Of a DNA stretch of 54,965 nucleotides, positions 39,763 to 48,297 are shown piece by piece. Position 1 is the stretch's first letter. Each line of letters starts with the position of its first letter. This stretch comes from an uncultured Clostridia bacterium (GTDB taxonomy: Bacteria > Bacillota > Clostridia > TANB77 > UBA1234). Position numbers and translations under genes: made by a program. A model generated the notes under the pieces. It searched no databases. It saw only the letters and a list, made by a program, of their open reading frames with translations, and was not told where the DNA came from. Location of the stretch: contig CAMUYU010000003.1 of assembly GCA_947164995.1 (NCBI GenBank), positions 1 through 54,965 of the forward strand. The letters are read 5' to 3'.

Positions 39763-40545
39763 TTAGGTTCCCCCTCTCACTTCAAAATCTTTTGCCTTTT
39801 TAGAATTAGAAGGATTTAAAGTTAAATTAATTCCAACATCCTCATCATCTTCATCATCTACAGCTTCATCTCTAGAAGTACGAAGTTGCTGAAGATTTTC
39901 AATTGCATCGAGAAGTCCAGGATCTTCCGGATTAAAATCATCACCCATTCGCTTTACTTCTTCTAAAAGCAAATCGAATTTATCCACAAGATCATTTGTA
40001 CTTTTCAAGACATCTTTAACACTACTTACTTCTTCAATCGTTTTAGGACGATTTTTCTCAGCCTGTGCATCATACACTATTAGGCTCTTTAAAAGTTTCT
40101 TAGCATTTGCAAGAATAAAATCTTGAGTTGCCTTATTTCTTTCTTCTAAAAATCTTTTTGCTTTATCATCATTCATCTCTACTAAAGTATTTAATACTTT
40201 TTGTTTTGCAGATAATGAATAAAAACTACGCATAAACGAAACTACAACATCATGAAACTCAGGTTTATCATCACTTAACGCCTGAAGTTGTGTCATGTAA
40301 GTTGAAAGATTGTCTTCCGAATTTTTAAAGCGTCGCTGCATCTCATATTCTTCTGATGCTTTAATCTTGGCAATTTTTTTGTCAAAATATGACATTGTAA
40401 AAGTATGAATTGCCAATGCCAAAGCAGGAACAATTATGATATACAGCAAACTTCTTCCAAACGAAACTCTTAATATCACATACAAAAGTAGTGATAAAAG
40501 AATTAAAAAGATATCAGATAACAGCTTCTTTTTCCGCATCTTCAT
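39763..40545 (-). CDS. Membrane protein with two N-terminal TM helices and a helical cytoplasmic domain; tentatively XpaC-like.
   Basis: The architecture matches the XpaC family, which neighbours the TelA homologue yaaN in Bacillus subtilis. I cannot verify sequence-level similarity. The 5' end overlaps the ATPase gene by about 30 nt. Confidence 0.4.
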   Translation of the reverse strand: MKMRKKKLLSDIFLILLSLLLYVILRVSFGRSLLYIIIVPALALAIHTFTMSYFDKKIAKIKASEEYEMQRRFKNSEDNLSTYMTQLQALSDDKPEFHDVVVSFMRSFYSLSAKQKVLNTLVEMNDDKAKRFLEERNKATQDFILANAKKLLKSLIVYDAQAEKNRPKTIEEVSSVKDVLKSTNDLVDKFDLLLEEVKRMGDDFNPEDPGLLDAIENLQQLRTSRDEAVDDEDDEDVGINLTLNPSNSKKAKDFEVRGGT

Positions 40546-41296
40546 AAACCTCCTTAGGAAGTGGTTTATTCTTTAAGAACTTTTCTGTAGGCATTACTTT
40601 TTTTGGTCTAATACGAAATTCAGGTGAAAATTCTATAATGATTGGTGCAAGACCATCTATTACATGTTGTTCATGAGTAATAATAATCTCAATCGTATTG
40701 AACTTCGCTTGATGCTCTTTGATAAATTCAACAACGAGCATATCGTTTACTTCATCAAGAGCCGATGTAGGTTCATCATAAAGTAATACCGGACTCCAAC
40801 GATTTACAAAAGCACTTGCCAAACTCAAACGCTGGTCTTGACCACCAGATATTTGTGTTGGCCACTTTTGTGCATGATCTGCGATACCTAGTCTTTCCAA
40901 AACTTCCATTGCTTGCTTAACATCATCAGTTGTAGGTTTAACTTTATGTCCCTTATGAACCATAAGAACATTATCTAAGCAAGAAAGCCATGGAAAGCTT
41001 TTATAATGCTGATGGACCATGTGAATTTCTGGAATTGGTTTCTTAACAGTAATTGAATTTCTTTTAAACTCAATACCATTTTCAATTTTAACCATTTCAT
41101 CTTCTTCCAAAAGAATTGTTCCGGTGTACCTTGTTTCAAGCCCAGCAATCATTCGCATTAATGTGCTCTTGCCAACTCCAGAAGGACCAGAGAAAGCATA
41201 GATACCAGGCTTAAATTCGTAATCCAAATTGGCAAACAATTCGTTTGTGCCAAATGAAAGACTAATGTCTTTAAGCTGTAGCACTCTTTCTTTCAT
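40514..41296 (-). CDS. ABC transporter ATP-binding protein (TauB/SsuB-like).
   Basis: Walker A GPSGVGKST, signature ISGGQDQRLSLA, Walker B LLYDEPTSALD. The ATG at 41294-41296 lies 7 nt after GGAGG. Confidence 0.9.
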   Translation of the reverse strand: MKERVLQLKDISLSFGTNELFANLDYEFKPGIYAFSGPSGVGKSTLMRMIAGLETRYTGTILLEEDEMVKIENGIEFKRNSITVKKPIPEIHMVHQHYKSFPWLSCLDNVLMVHKGHKVKPTTDDVKQAMEVLERLGIADHAQKWPTQISGGQDQRLSLASAFVNRWSPVLLYDEPTSALDEVNDMLVVEFIKEHQAKFNTIEIIITHEQHVIDGLAPIIIEFSPEFRIRPKKVMPTEKFLKNKPLPKEVYEDAEKEAVI

Positions 41297-42065
41297 CTTC
41301 AATCCTCCAACTAAAGATTTTCCTCGTTATCCACGTCGCAAGCTTATTAAAGATCATGCTAAATACAAACAACGTTATAATGGCTGCAAATACCATTGCA
41401 GTTTTACCACGTGCACCACCAATATACATTAAATGACCTAAACCATATTGTGTATTATTAGTTTCTGCAATAACAACATATGTCCAACCAACAGCATAAA
41501 GATTAATAAAAGATTCTACGAGCGATGGTGTGATATAAGGTATTAAACAATGCATTAACATTCTTGAATAACTAAATCCCATTGTAAGAGCAGTCTCTTT
41601 TAGTTTTACAGTTTCATCTGTAGTATCTTGGCACGTTTGGATAACAGCTGGCAAAAACGAAAATATACACGCAATAGTCACAAGTCCAATTTTCATTTCT
41701 TCCCCAATACCGAGGTAAAGAACAAGCAAAGACTGGAAGCAAGTGACTGGTGCAAATTTTAAGGAATTAACAATTGGATTCAAAAGCTTACCTACCGGAG
41801 AATACCATGACATTAACATTCCAAGAGGAATTGAAACTACTGTAGCAATTAAAATTCCAATTGTGACTCTCAAAAAGCTTGCCCATAGATGTTTGAAAAA
41901 TGCTCCTGTACTAAGAAGATTTATAATAACATCTAAAGTGCTCTTTGGAGAAGGTGCAAATAATTCCTTGTTTGTAGCTTTGCTCCAAATCCACCAAAGA
42001 ACAATAATGCATGCTACATAGATTATAGTGTATGCGCGCTTGCTAAGTTTTTTCAAATTCTTCAC
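41271..42065 (-). CDS. ABC transporter permease (TauC/SsuC-like, BPD_transp_1).
   Basis: Six predicted TM helices with an EAA-like loop (ETALTMGFSYSRMLMHCLIPYITP). The start is the GTG at 42065 or the TTG at 42056. Confidence 0.88.
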   Translation of the reverse strand: MKNLKKLSKRAYTIIYVACIIVLWWIWSKATNKELFAPSPKSTLDVIINLLSTGAFFKHLWASFLRVTIGILIATVVSIPLGMLMSWYSPVGKLLNPIVNSLKFAPVTCFQSLLVLYLGIGEEMKIGLVTIACIFSFLPAVIQTCQDTTDETVKLKETALTMGFSYSRMLMHCLIPYITPSLVESFINLYAVGWTYVVIAETNNTQYGLGHLMYIGGARGKTAMVFAAIITLFVFSMIFNKLATWITRKIFSWRIEDERKSATA

Positions 42066-42091
42066 CTCTTCCGCGTTGTAAGGTAATCAAA

Positions 42092-42120
42092 GAAAAAGAG
42101 GTTGGCACTGCCAACCTCTC
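42092..42120 (-). terminator. Intra-operon hairpin (partial terminator or attenuator) between SBP copy 2 and the permease gene.
   Basis: On the minus strand: agaggttggc-agt-gccaacctct followed by UUUUUC. Confidence 0.55.
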
Positions 42121-42138
42121 ATTTCTTTAATTATAAAA

Positions 42139-43614
42139 TTAATATCCTCTAATCGTCTTGAAGTAAAATTCAGTACGACGATTTTCAGGACTTGCCAGGT
42201 TGGCAGAATTTAATGGCTTAAAGTCACCATTACCAAGTACTACAATCCTATTAGGATCAATTCCATGGGTAGTAAAGTAATCTGCAACCGCCTGGGCTCT
42301 CTCACGAGAAAAATCTGTGATTTGAGCATCTGATACGCCATTAGCACGCTTGGCGGCATTTCCTTCGAGCTGGATATAAACACCATCCAAAATTTTTGCA
42401 ATTTTAATAAACTCTTCAAGCTGAGGAATCGATTCTGCTTTAATCTGAGTTGAATTAAGATCAAACTTAATATCAGCTCTATAAGTAAGCAGAGCCTCCG
42501 GGCTTTCAATCAATGTTGCTTTTTGCTCGTCAGTAAGTGCTACTGAAGCCTTCTCATCATCTTTTGCAGGGTACTTACTCAAAAGGGCCTGTGCAAAAGT
42601 GGGATTAAATGCGGAAGTCGCCTTACTAGGATCAGCCTGTTCACCAACAACAATCCATACTTCGGCCATATCTTTGTACATCTGAACAGCAGTATCTGTG
42701 AGCAAGGTTACATTCTGTGCACAAGTTGCAAGGTCAGCGCCGTTGGCCATATCAATTATTTCATCATCTTCCATAAGTTCAAACATGGGCAGCTGCTTAA
42801 TGTTTGCAAATTCTACTTTGTACATCGAAGCCGCTTCAAGTGCACCATCCATGAGTTTCTGGATAAAGTCACCATTCTTCGTGATGAAGTCACCGCGGAA
42901 AACAATACCATCCAGAATCAGATTAGTAGACATCGAAGTATCAAAAAGGATTCTACTATCTGTGCTAGATGCAGCCTGTGTAAGATAGGGTTCCCAAGTT
43001 GCAGCAGCATCTGCGGCACCACTAAAGAATGCCTTAGCTGTATCATCTGCTGTTTCAAAGTACACCATATCTTTACGAATCTGAGTCTTTTCTGCGTCAG
43101 TAAGGTCGGAATTGTTCAAAAGCCATTCAATAAGAGTCTGCGCTTCAGAAAACTTCGGGACAGCAACAACTCGGCCAACCAAGTCATTTACAGACTTAAT
43201 ATCAGCCTTTGCAATGATACCGTCACCACCATTGGAAAAGTTCGTGATATAACACATTTGCACAGGCAGACGTGCCTCATCAAACTTTGCCTGCAAGAAA
43301 GCGTAGCGATTAACGGTGTAGCCAGCACCCTGAAGTTCACCAGAGATGAGTGCAGCGCTGGATGTAGTTGCATCATTCATAACAACATACTCAACGTTAA
43401 TGCCATTTCTTGCATTGATAGAATCCGGAGCCGTTCTCAAGCCACCATTGGCATCAAGAAGGCTCTGCCAGCCAATCCATTCATCTATACTAATCCGTAC
43501 AGCATTAGATGCTGCATGTGCACTAGGCTGCACAAACCCCAAGCCTGTAATCATGACAACTGCAAGAATAATCGCCAGAGAAAACCGAATAGTTGCGAAA
43601 ATACCCTTTTTCAT
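42139..43614 (-). CDS. NitT/TauT-family substrate-binding protein fused to a C-terminal OmpA-like domain (copy 2).
   Basis: Signal peptide MKKGIFATIRFSLAIILAVVMITGLGFVQPSAHA. The SBP core is collinear with copy 1. C-terminus: YIQLEGNAA...SRERAQAVADYFTTHGIDPNRIVVLGNGDFKPLNSANLASPENRRTEFYF. Confidence 0.8.
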   Translation of the reverse strand: MKKGIFATIRFSLAIILAVVMITGLGFVQPSAHAASNAVRISIDEWIGWQSLLDANGGLRTAPDSINARNGINVEYVVMNDATTSSAALISGELQGAGYTVNRYAFLQAKFDEARLPVQMCYITNFSNGGDGIIAKADIKSVNDLVGRVVAVPKFSEAQTLIEWLLNNSDLTDAEKTQIRKDMVYFETADDTAKAFFSGAADAAATWEPYLTQAASSTDSRILFDTSMSTNLILDGIVFRGDFITKNGDFIQKLMDGALEAASMYKVEFANIKQLPMFELMEDDEIIDMANGADLATCAQNVTLLTDTAVQMYKDMAEVWIVVGEQADPSKATSAFNPTFAQALLSKYPAKDDEKASVALTDEQKATLIESPEALLTYRADIKFDLNSTQIKAESIPQLEEFIKIAKILDGVYIQLEGNAAKRANGVSDAQITDFSRERAQAVADYFTTHGIDPNRIVVLGNGDFKPLNSANLASPENRRTEFYFKTIRGY

Positions 43615-43775
43615 AAGAGCCTCCTTAATTTTTACACCTTAAAAGGTGGTATTTATGATGTTATTGATAGTGAAACGATTCAGATTTTTCTTACAAATCA
43701 AGTATTTATCTTGTCGATAATTTCACTCTCCTTCAAATTTGAACATGAGTTTTACAACTTATTTAAAGCGTCACA

Positions 43776-43804
43776 ATTTTATCACGGTCTATGCTTTATG
43801 TCAA
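43776..43804 (-). promoter_or_regulatory. Candidate sigma-A promoter of the SBP2-permease-ATPase operon.
   Basis: On the minus strand: TTGACA (43799-43804), 17-nt spacer, TAAAAT (43776-43781). It leaves a leader of about 155 nt. Confidence 0.5.
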
Positions 43805-43837
43805 CATATTTGTAATATTTTTGTAACATTTTGACAT

Positions 43838-43866
43838 AAAAAAGCGACTAAAAAGTCGCTTTTTTT
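43838..43866 (-). terminator. Intrinsic terminator after glyQS.
   Basis: aaagcgact-aaaa-agtcgcttt flanked by A- and T-runs. Confidence 0.7.
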
Positions 43867-43870
43867 CTTA

Positions 43871-45256
43871 CTAAAATTTAATTCTTTCTTCAATGTACTT
43901 TTCAACCTCTGAAATAGGGATTCTAACTTGTTCCATAGTGTCTCTATCTCTTATTGTCACACAGTTATCTTCTAAAGTATCAAAATCTACTGTAATACAG
44001 AAAGGAGTACCAACTTCATCCTCTCTTCTATATCTCTTACCTATACTTCCAGCTTCATCATAATCGATCATAAACTTCTTTGAAAGTTCTTCATATAGCT
44101 TTGTAGCAGGTTCTGAAAGTTTTTTAGAAAGTGGAAGAATTGCAGCTTTAAATGGTGCTAAAGCAGGATGTAATTTTAGTACAGTTCTTACATCTCCTTC
44201 TGCTATTTCTTCTTCATTGTACGCATCACATAAGAACATTAAGAATAATCTATCAACACCAACGGCTGGTTCTACGCAATATGGTACATACTTTTCATTT
44301 GTTTCAGGGTCCATATAAGTTAAATCTTCTTTTGAAGCTTCCATATGACGAGATAAATCATAATCAGTTCTATCTGCAATACCCCAAAGTTCGCCCCAAC
44401 CAAATGGGAATAAATATTCAATATCTGTTGTACCTTTACTATAGAAAGATAATTCTTCTTTTGAATGCTCACGAAGTCTTAAGTTTTCTTCTTTACAACC
44501 TAAGTTTACTAGGAACTTTTTACAAGTATCTTTCCAATAAGCATACCATTCTAAATCAGTTCCTGGTTTGCAGAAAAATTCAAGTTCCATTTGTTCGAAT
44601 TCTCTTGTTCTAAAAATAAAATTACCAGGTGTAATTTCATTTCTAAAACTTCTTCCCATTTGACCAATACCCATAGGCATTCTACGTCTTGTTGTTCTTA
44701 AAACATTTTTAAAGTTAACAAACATACCTTGTGCAGTTTCAGGTCTTAAATAAACTTCTGATTTAGCATCTTCAGTAACACCCATAAAGGTCTTAAACAT
44801 TAAATTAAATTTTCTAATATCTGTGAAATCTGATTTGCCACAATCAGGACAAGGAATATTGTTTTCTTTAATGTAATTAACAAGTTGTTCGTTTGTCCAG
44901 CCATCAAGTCCAGATACATCTTTTCCTTGAGCAAAACTCCATTCTTCAATTAGCTTATCTGCTCTGTGTCTTGTTTTACATGCTTTACAGTCAATTAATG
45001 GATCTGAAAATCCCCCAACGTGACCTGTAGTTACCCATACTTGTGGATTCATAATAATTGCAGCATCAATACCAACGTTGTTTTTATTTTCTCTAATAAA
45101 TTTTTGCCACCACGCATCTTTGATGTTTTTCTTAAGTTCTGCACCTAAAGGACCATAGTCCCAGCTATTTGCCAAACCTCCATAGATTTCACTTCCAGGG
45201 TATACAAAACCTCTGTTTTTACAAAGTGATACAATTTTGTCCATTGATTTGTCCAT
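43871..45256 (-). CDS. glyQS: Glycine--tRNA ligase (single-chain class II, GlyQS type).
   Basis: [56 protein letters not shown] and GVDRL motifs. It is preceded by a T-box leader. Confidence 0.96.
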   Translation of the reverse strand: MDKSMDKIVSLCKNRGFVYPGSEIYGGLANSWDYGPLGAELKKNIKDAWWQKFIRENKNNVGIDAAIIMNPQVWVTTGHVGGFSDPLIDCKACKTRHRADKLIEEWSFAQGKDVSGLDGWTNEQLVNYIKENNIPCPDCGKSDFTDIRKFNLMFKTFMGVTEDAKSEVYLRPETAQGMFVNFKNVLRTTRRRMPMGIGQMGRSFRNEITPGNFIFRTREFEQMELEFFCKPGTDLEWYAYWKDTCKKFLVNLGCKEENLRLREHSKEELSFYSKGTTDIEYLFPFGWGELWGIADRTDYDLSRHMEASKEDLTYMDPETNEKYVPYCVEPAVGVDRLFLMFLCDAYNEEEIAEGDVRTVLKLHPALAPFKAAILPLSKKLSEPATKLYEELSKKFMIDYDEAGSIGKRYRREDEVGTPFCITVDFDTLEDNCVTIRDRDTMEQVRIPISEVEKYIEERIKF

Positions 45257-45296
45257 TTTTTCTCTCCCTTTCTTTTTGTTTTGGAGTACTTAGGGC

Positions 45297-45507
45297 ATAA
45301 AAAAAGTCCCTAAGTCCTATGACTTAGGGACGAAGTATATCCGCGATTCCACCCTAATTGATAGCTTCTGTTACCCTTGAAACTATCCACCTTAATTTAT
45401 GAAATATTTGCTCCAAAGTTCCAATTATAAAAACACAATGTTTATCTTTCAGCTTATGATAAACTCTCTTTAATTGCTTTATTTTATAAAACTCTTTCTC
45501 AACGCAA
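45297..45507 (-). promoter_or_regulatory. T-box riboswitch (glycine-specific) with terminator.
   Basis: On the minus strand: stem I opening UUGCGUUGAGAAAGAGU, AGAGAG box, specifier context AAUUGGAACUUUGGAGCA (GGA at 45420-45422), T-box CAAUUAGGGUGGAAUCGCGG (45341-45360), and terminator GUCCCUAAGUC-AUA-GGACUUAGGGAC followed by U7 (45297-45331). Confidence 0.88.
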
Positions 45508-45536
45508 ATTATTTAACTATAAGTAAAATAACACTT

Positions 45537-46940
45537 TTAGAAATCTTTGTCAATAACTTCACCTTTTAAATACCAAACATGTTGCGATATTATTTTAACT
45601 TCTATTTCTTTTCCAATCAAAGACTTATCTCCTTCAAAATTTACAATTTTATTTGAATCTGTTCTTGCAGTTAAAACATCTTTATTAGTTTTGCTTTCAC
45701 CTTCAACTAAAACATGTTGAATCGTACCAACGTATTTATTCATACCTTCTTCGGTCATTTTATCCGATAAAGTTTTTAATCTATTAAATCTTTCAGATTT
45801 AACCTCTTCTGATAAATGACCTTCCATATTTTCAGCACGTGTTCCATGTCTTAAACTATATATAAACATGAAGACTTGTTCAAAATCTACTTTTCTTACA
45901 ACATCTAAAGTATCTTCAAAATCTTCTTCTGTTTCACCTGGAAAGCCAACAATAATATCTGTTGTAAAATATACATTAGGAATTTTTTTTCTAATTCTAT
46001 CTACTAAATCTAGATATTGTTCTTTCGTATATCCTCTATTCATAAGTTTTAAAACTCTTGAACTTCCTGATTGCAATGGAAGATGAATTACTTTAGAAAT
46101 CTTTTTGCTATTTGCAATAACATCTATTACATCATCTTTAAAATCTTTAGGATGAGGTGATGTAAATCTAATAATATCTATTCCATCAACTTTATCTAAA
46201 TCTGCTAATAGATTTGCAAAATTATAATCTTCACGAGGTTTATATGAATTAACATTTTGACCAAGTAACAAAATTTCTTTACAACCATCTTTTGCTAATT
46301 CTTGTGCTTCAAAAATAATATCTTCTGGCGCACGAGAACGCTCTCTACCACGTACATAAGGAACAATACAATATGAGCAAAAATTATTACAGCCATTCAT
46401 AATAATAATAGAAGCTTGTGTCTTACTTTCTCTTTTTACTGGAAGTCCTTCATATATTTCTCCATCTATATTCCAAACATCAACAACTCTTTTTGGTTGT
46501 TTTGAGATTTTTTCAAATAGCATCTCTGGAAATTTATAAATGTTGTGTGTTCCAAATATTATATCTACATGTGGATAACTTTTTTGAATCTTTTCTATAA
46601 CATGTGGTTCTTGAGACATACAACCTGCGAAACAAATTATCATGTTATTTTTCTCTTTAAGATTTTTAAGTTCGCCAAGCTTTCCAAATACTTTTTCTTC
46701 AGCATTTTCACGAATAGAACAAGTGTTGAAAACTACAAGATTAGCTTCTTCAAAGCTATCACATTTTTCATAGCCCATTTCTTCAAGCATACCAGAAATC
46801 TTTTCACTATCAGCTTCATTTAATTTACAACCCATAGTATTGATACAGTACTTAAGTCCTTTTGAACTTAACTCTTTAACTTTCTCCATGTATTCATATT
46901 GCTTTTTTATTTCTTCATCAGAAACTTTTGTAATAGACAT
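45537..46940 (-). CDS. miaB: Radical-SAM methylthiotransferase, MiaB-like (tRNA ms2i6A37).
   Basis: UPF0004 N-terminal domain (TMGCKLNEADSE), radical-SAM CNNFCSYCIVP, and a C-terminal TRAM domain. MiaB and its paralogues MtaB/RimO are not fully distinguishable by eye. Confidence 0.72.
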   Translation of the reverse strand: MSITKVSDEEIKKQYEYMEKVKELSSKGLKYCINTMGCKLNEADSEKISGMLEEMGYEKCDSFEEANLVVFNTCSIRENAEEKVFGKLGELKNLKEKNNMIICFAGCMSQEPHVIEKIQKSYPHVDIIFGTHNIYKFPEMLFEKISKQPKRVVDVWNIDGEIYEGLPVKRESKTQASIIIMNGCNNFCSYCIVPYVRGRERSRAPEDIIFEAQELAKDGCKEILLLGQNVNSYKPREDYNFANLLADLDKVDGIDIIRFTSPHPKDFKDDVIDVIANSKKISKVIHLPLQSGSSRVLKLMNRGYTKEQYLDLVDRIRKKIPNVYFTTDIIVGFPGETEEDFEDTLDVVRKVDFEQVFMFIYSLRHGTRAENMEGHLSEEVKSERFNRLKTLSDKMTEEGMNKYVGTIQHVLVEGESKTNKDVLTARTDSNKIVNFEGDKSLIGKEIEVKIISQHVWYLKGEVIDKDF

Positions 46941-46977
46941 TTTAAAAATCCTTTCATGATTATCTATTTTAATAATT

Positions 46978-47004
46978 AAAAAGGCTTAAATAAAAATTTA
47001 AGCC
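46978..47004 (-). terminator. Intrinsic terminator after the efp-coupled zinc-ribbon gene.
   Basis: On the minus strand: ggcttaaa-tttttat-tttaagcc followed by a U5 tract. Confidence 0.55.
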
Positions 47005-47013
47005 CATTAAAAA

Positions 47014-47550
47014 CTATTTTTTCTTTTTAGCTGTACTTTTTTTAGGTTTTGTTGAATTTGAATTTTCAAAAGAAGAAATTTCTTTTTTAAACTCTTCAAA
47101 GTTAACAATTTTGCTGCAAGAAGAATCATCACTCTTACAACCATGTTCACAACACTTTCCACAGCTATTGTGCTCACATCCATTTTCATCGTCATACATG
47201 ATTTCTAATTCTATAGTATTGTGACAATTTGGACATTCAACATCAGAAAAATCACCATTCTTTAAATCAAGAGGAATATCTTCTCCACAATATGGACAAG
47301 TACCAAAAGCATCTCCATCATCAGAAACACTTTCTAGAAAATCATCTTGTAAGTCAGCAAAATGTTCTTCAAGAGACATTAATTCTTCTTCAAGCTCGTC
47401 TTGATGTTCTTTAAGTTGAACAACATGAGTAGTAAACTCCTGAATCATATTTTGCAAACACTTAAGTACTTTAAGTCTTTCTTCTTCATTTGAAATAGTG
47501 TTATTAATTTCTTCAACTTGCTTTGAAATTTCATCTTTAAATTTAAGCAT
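47014..47550 (-). CDS. Coiled-coil / zinc-ribbon / Cys-cluster protein translationally coupled to efp.
   Basis: CPYCGEDIP...CPNCHNTIE (two CxxC pairs), then CEHNSCGKCCEHGCKSDDSSCS, then a Lys-rich tail. The ATG (47548-47550) directly abuts the efp TAG (47551-47553). Confidence 0.6.
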   Translation of the reverse strand: MLKFKDEISKQVEEINNTISNEEERLKVLKCLQNMIQEFTTHVVQLKEHQDELEEELMSLEEHFADLQDDFLESVSDDGDAFGTCPYCGEDIPLDLKNGDFSDVECPNCHNTIELEIMYDDENGCEHNSCGKCCEHGCKSDDSSCSKIVNFEEFKKEISSFENSNSTKPKKSTAKKKK

Positions 47551-48108
47551 CTATACACGCTCCATATATTCGCCAGTACGAGTATCAATACGAATCTTGT
47601 CTCCGATTTCAACAAATAATGGCACATTAACTTGATATCCTGTTTGAGTTGTAGCTGGTTTTAAAGTACCTGTAGAAGTATTTCCTTTAAATCCAGGCTC
47701 TGTATATGTAATTTCTAATTCTACAAACATAGGTGGTTCAACACCAAATACTTTACCTTTGTATGATAGAACTTTAACTTCCATATTATCTAATAGATAA
47801 TTTAAGATATCTCCTAAATCATCTTTTGTAAGTGGAAGTTGTTCAAATGTATCATTATCCATAAAGTAGTAAGTATCTCCATCATTATATAAGTATTGCA
47901 TTGTTTTTCTATCAATTTGAGCTTCTTCAACTTTTGTTGTTGGGTTAAATGTTTGTTCTGTAACAGCTCCTGTAATAACGTTTTTAAGTTTTGTTCTTAC
48001 AAATGCTGCACCCTTTCCAGGTTTAACGTGTTGGAATTCAACTATTCTATATACTTGACCCTCCATCTCAAAAGTCATACCATTTCTAAAATCTCCTGCT
48101 GTAAGCAT
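47551..48108 (-). CDS. efp: Elongation factor P.
   Basis: [37 protein letters not shown] is the canonical EF-P N-terminus with the modified-Lys loop. Confidence 0.97.
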   Translation of the reverse strand: MLTAGDFRNGMTFEMEGQVYRIVEFQHVKPGKGAAFVRTKLKNVITGAVTEQTFNPTTKVEEAQIDRKTMQYLYNDGDTYYFMDNDTFEQLPLTKDDLGDILNYLLDNMEVKVLSYKGKVFGVEPPMFVELEITYTEPGFKGNTSTGTLKPATTQTGYQVNVPLFVEIGDKIRIDTRTGEYMERV

Positions 48109-48217
48109 TTAAATTACCCCTTCCTTTTTTCTTGTTCAAGATTTTAACCGCGTTTATTGTATAACAAAAATAAAAATAATACAAGTATTTTTTATAGCGG
48201 TATCACAATATAAAAAT

Positions 48218-48297
48218 CGCTAAAGTAGCCCAACGCAGCCAAAATGTCATTCGCCGGAAGGCGAAGACATTTATGGCGACGAGATTGGGCGGAAGCG
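48218..48297 (-). other. GC-rich three-tier imperfect hairpin just downstream of gatB.
   Basis: Inner stem 48243-48255 / 48260-48271 (12 bp, one bulge, GGAA/UUCC loop). Middle tier has 5 of 7 bp. Outer tiers are GCCCAA/TTGGGC (48228-48233 / 48285-48290) and CGCT/AGCG. There is no adjacent U-tract. Confidence 0.3.

Noticed and set aside
43615-43775. ~155-nt 5' leader of the SBP2 operon as a possible riboswitch.
   Set aside because: It is AT-rich. Only short local hairpins are present (AGUGAAA...UUUCACU, GAUUU...AAAUC, ACCACC-UUUU-AAGGUGU next to the RBS). No conserved riboswitch motif is recognisable and no terminator or antiterminator pair is evident.
43258-43815. 185-aa and 98-aa plus-strand ORFs antisense to SBP copy 2 and running into its promoter region.
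   Set aside because: Long antisense frames are expected in the locally GC-rich DNA. The translations are low-complexity with no motifs, and the minus-strand gene has a clear RBS, a signal peptide and a paralogue.
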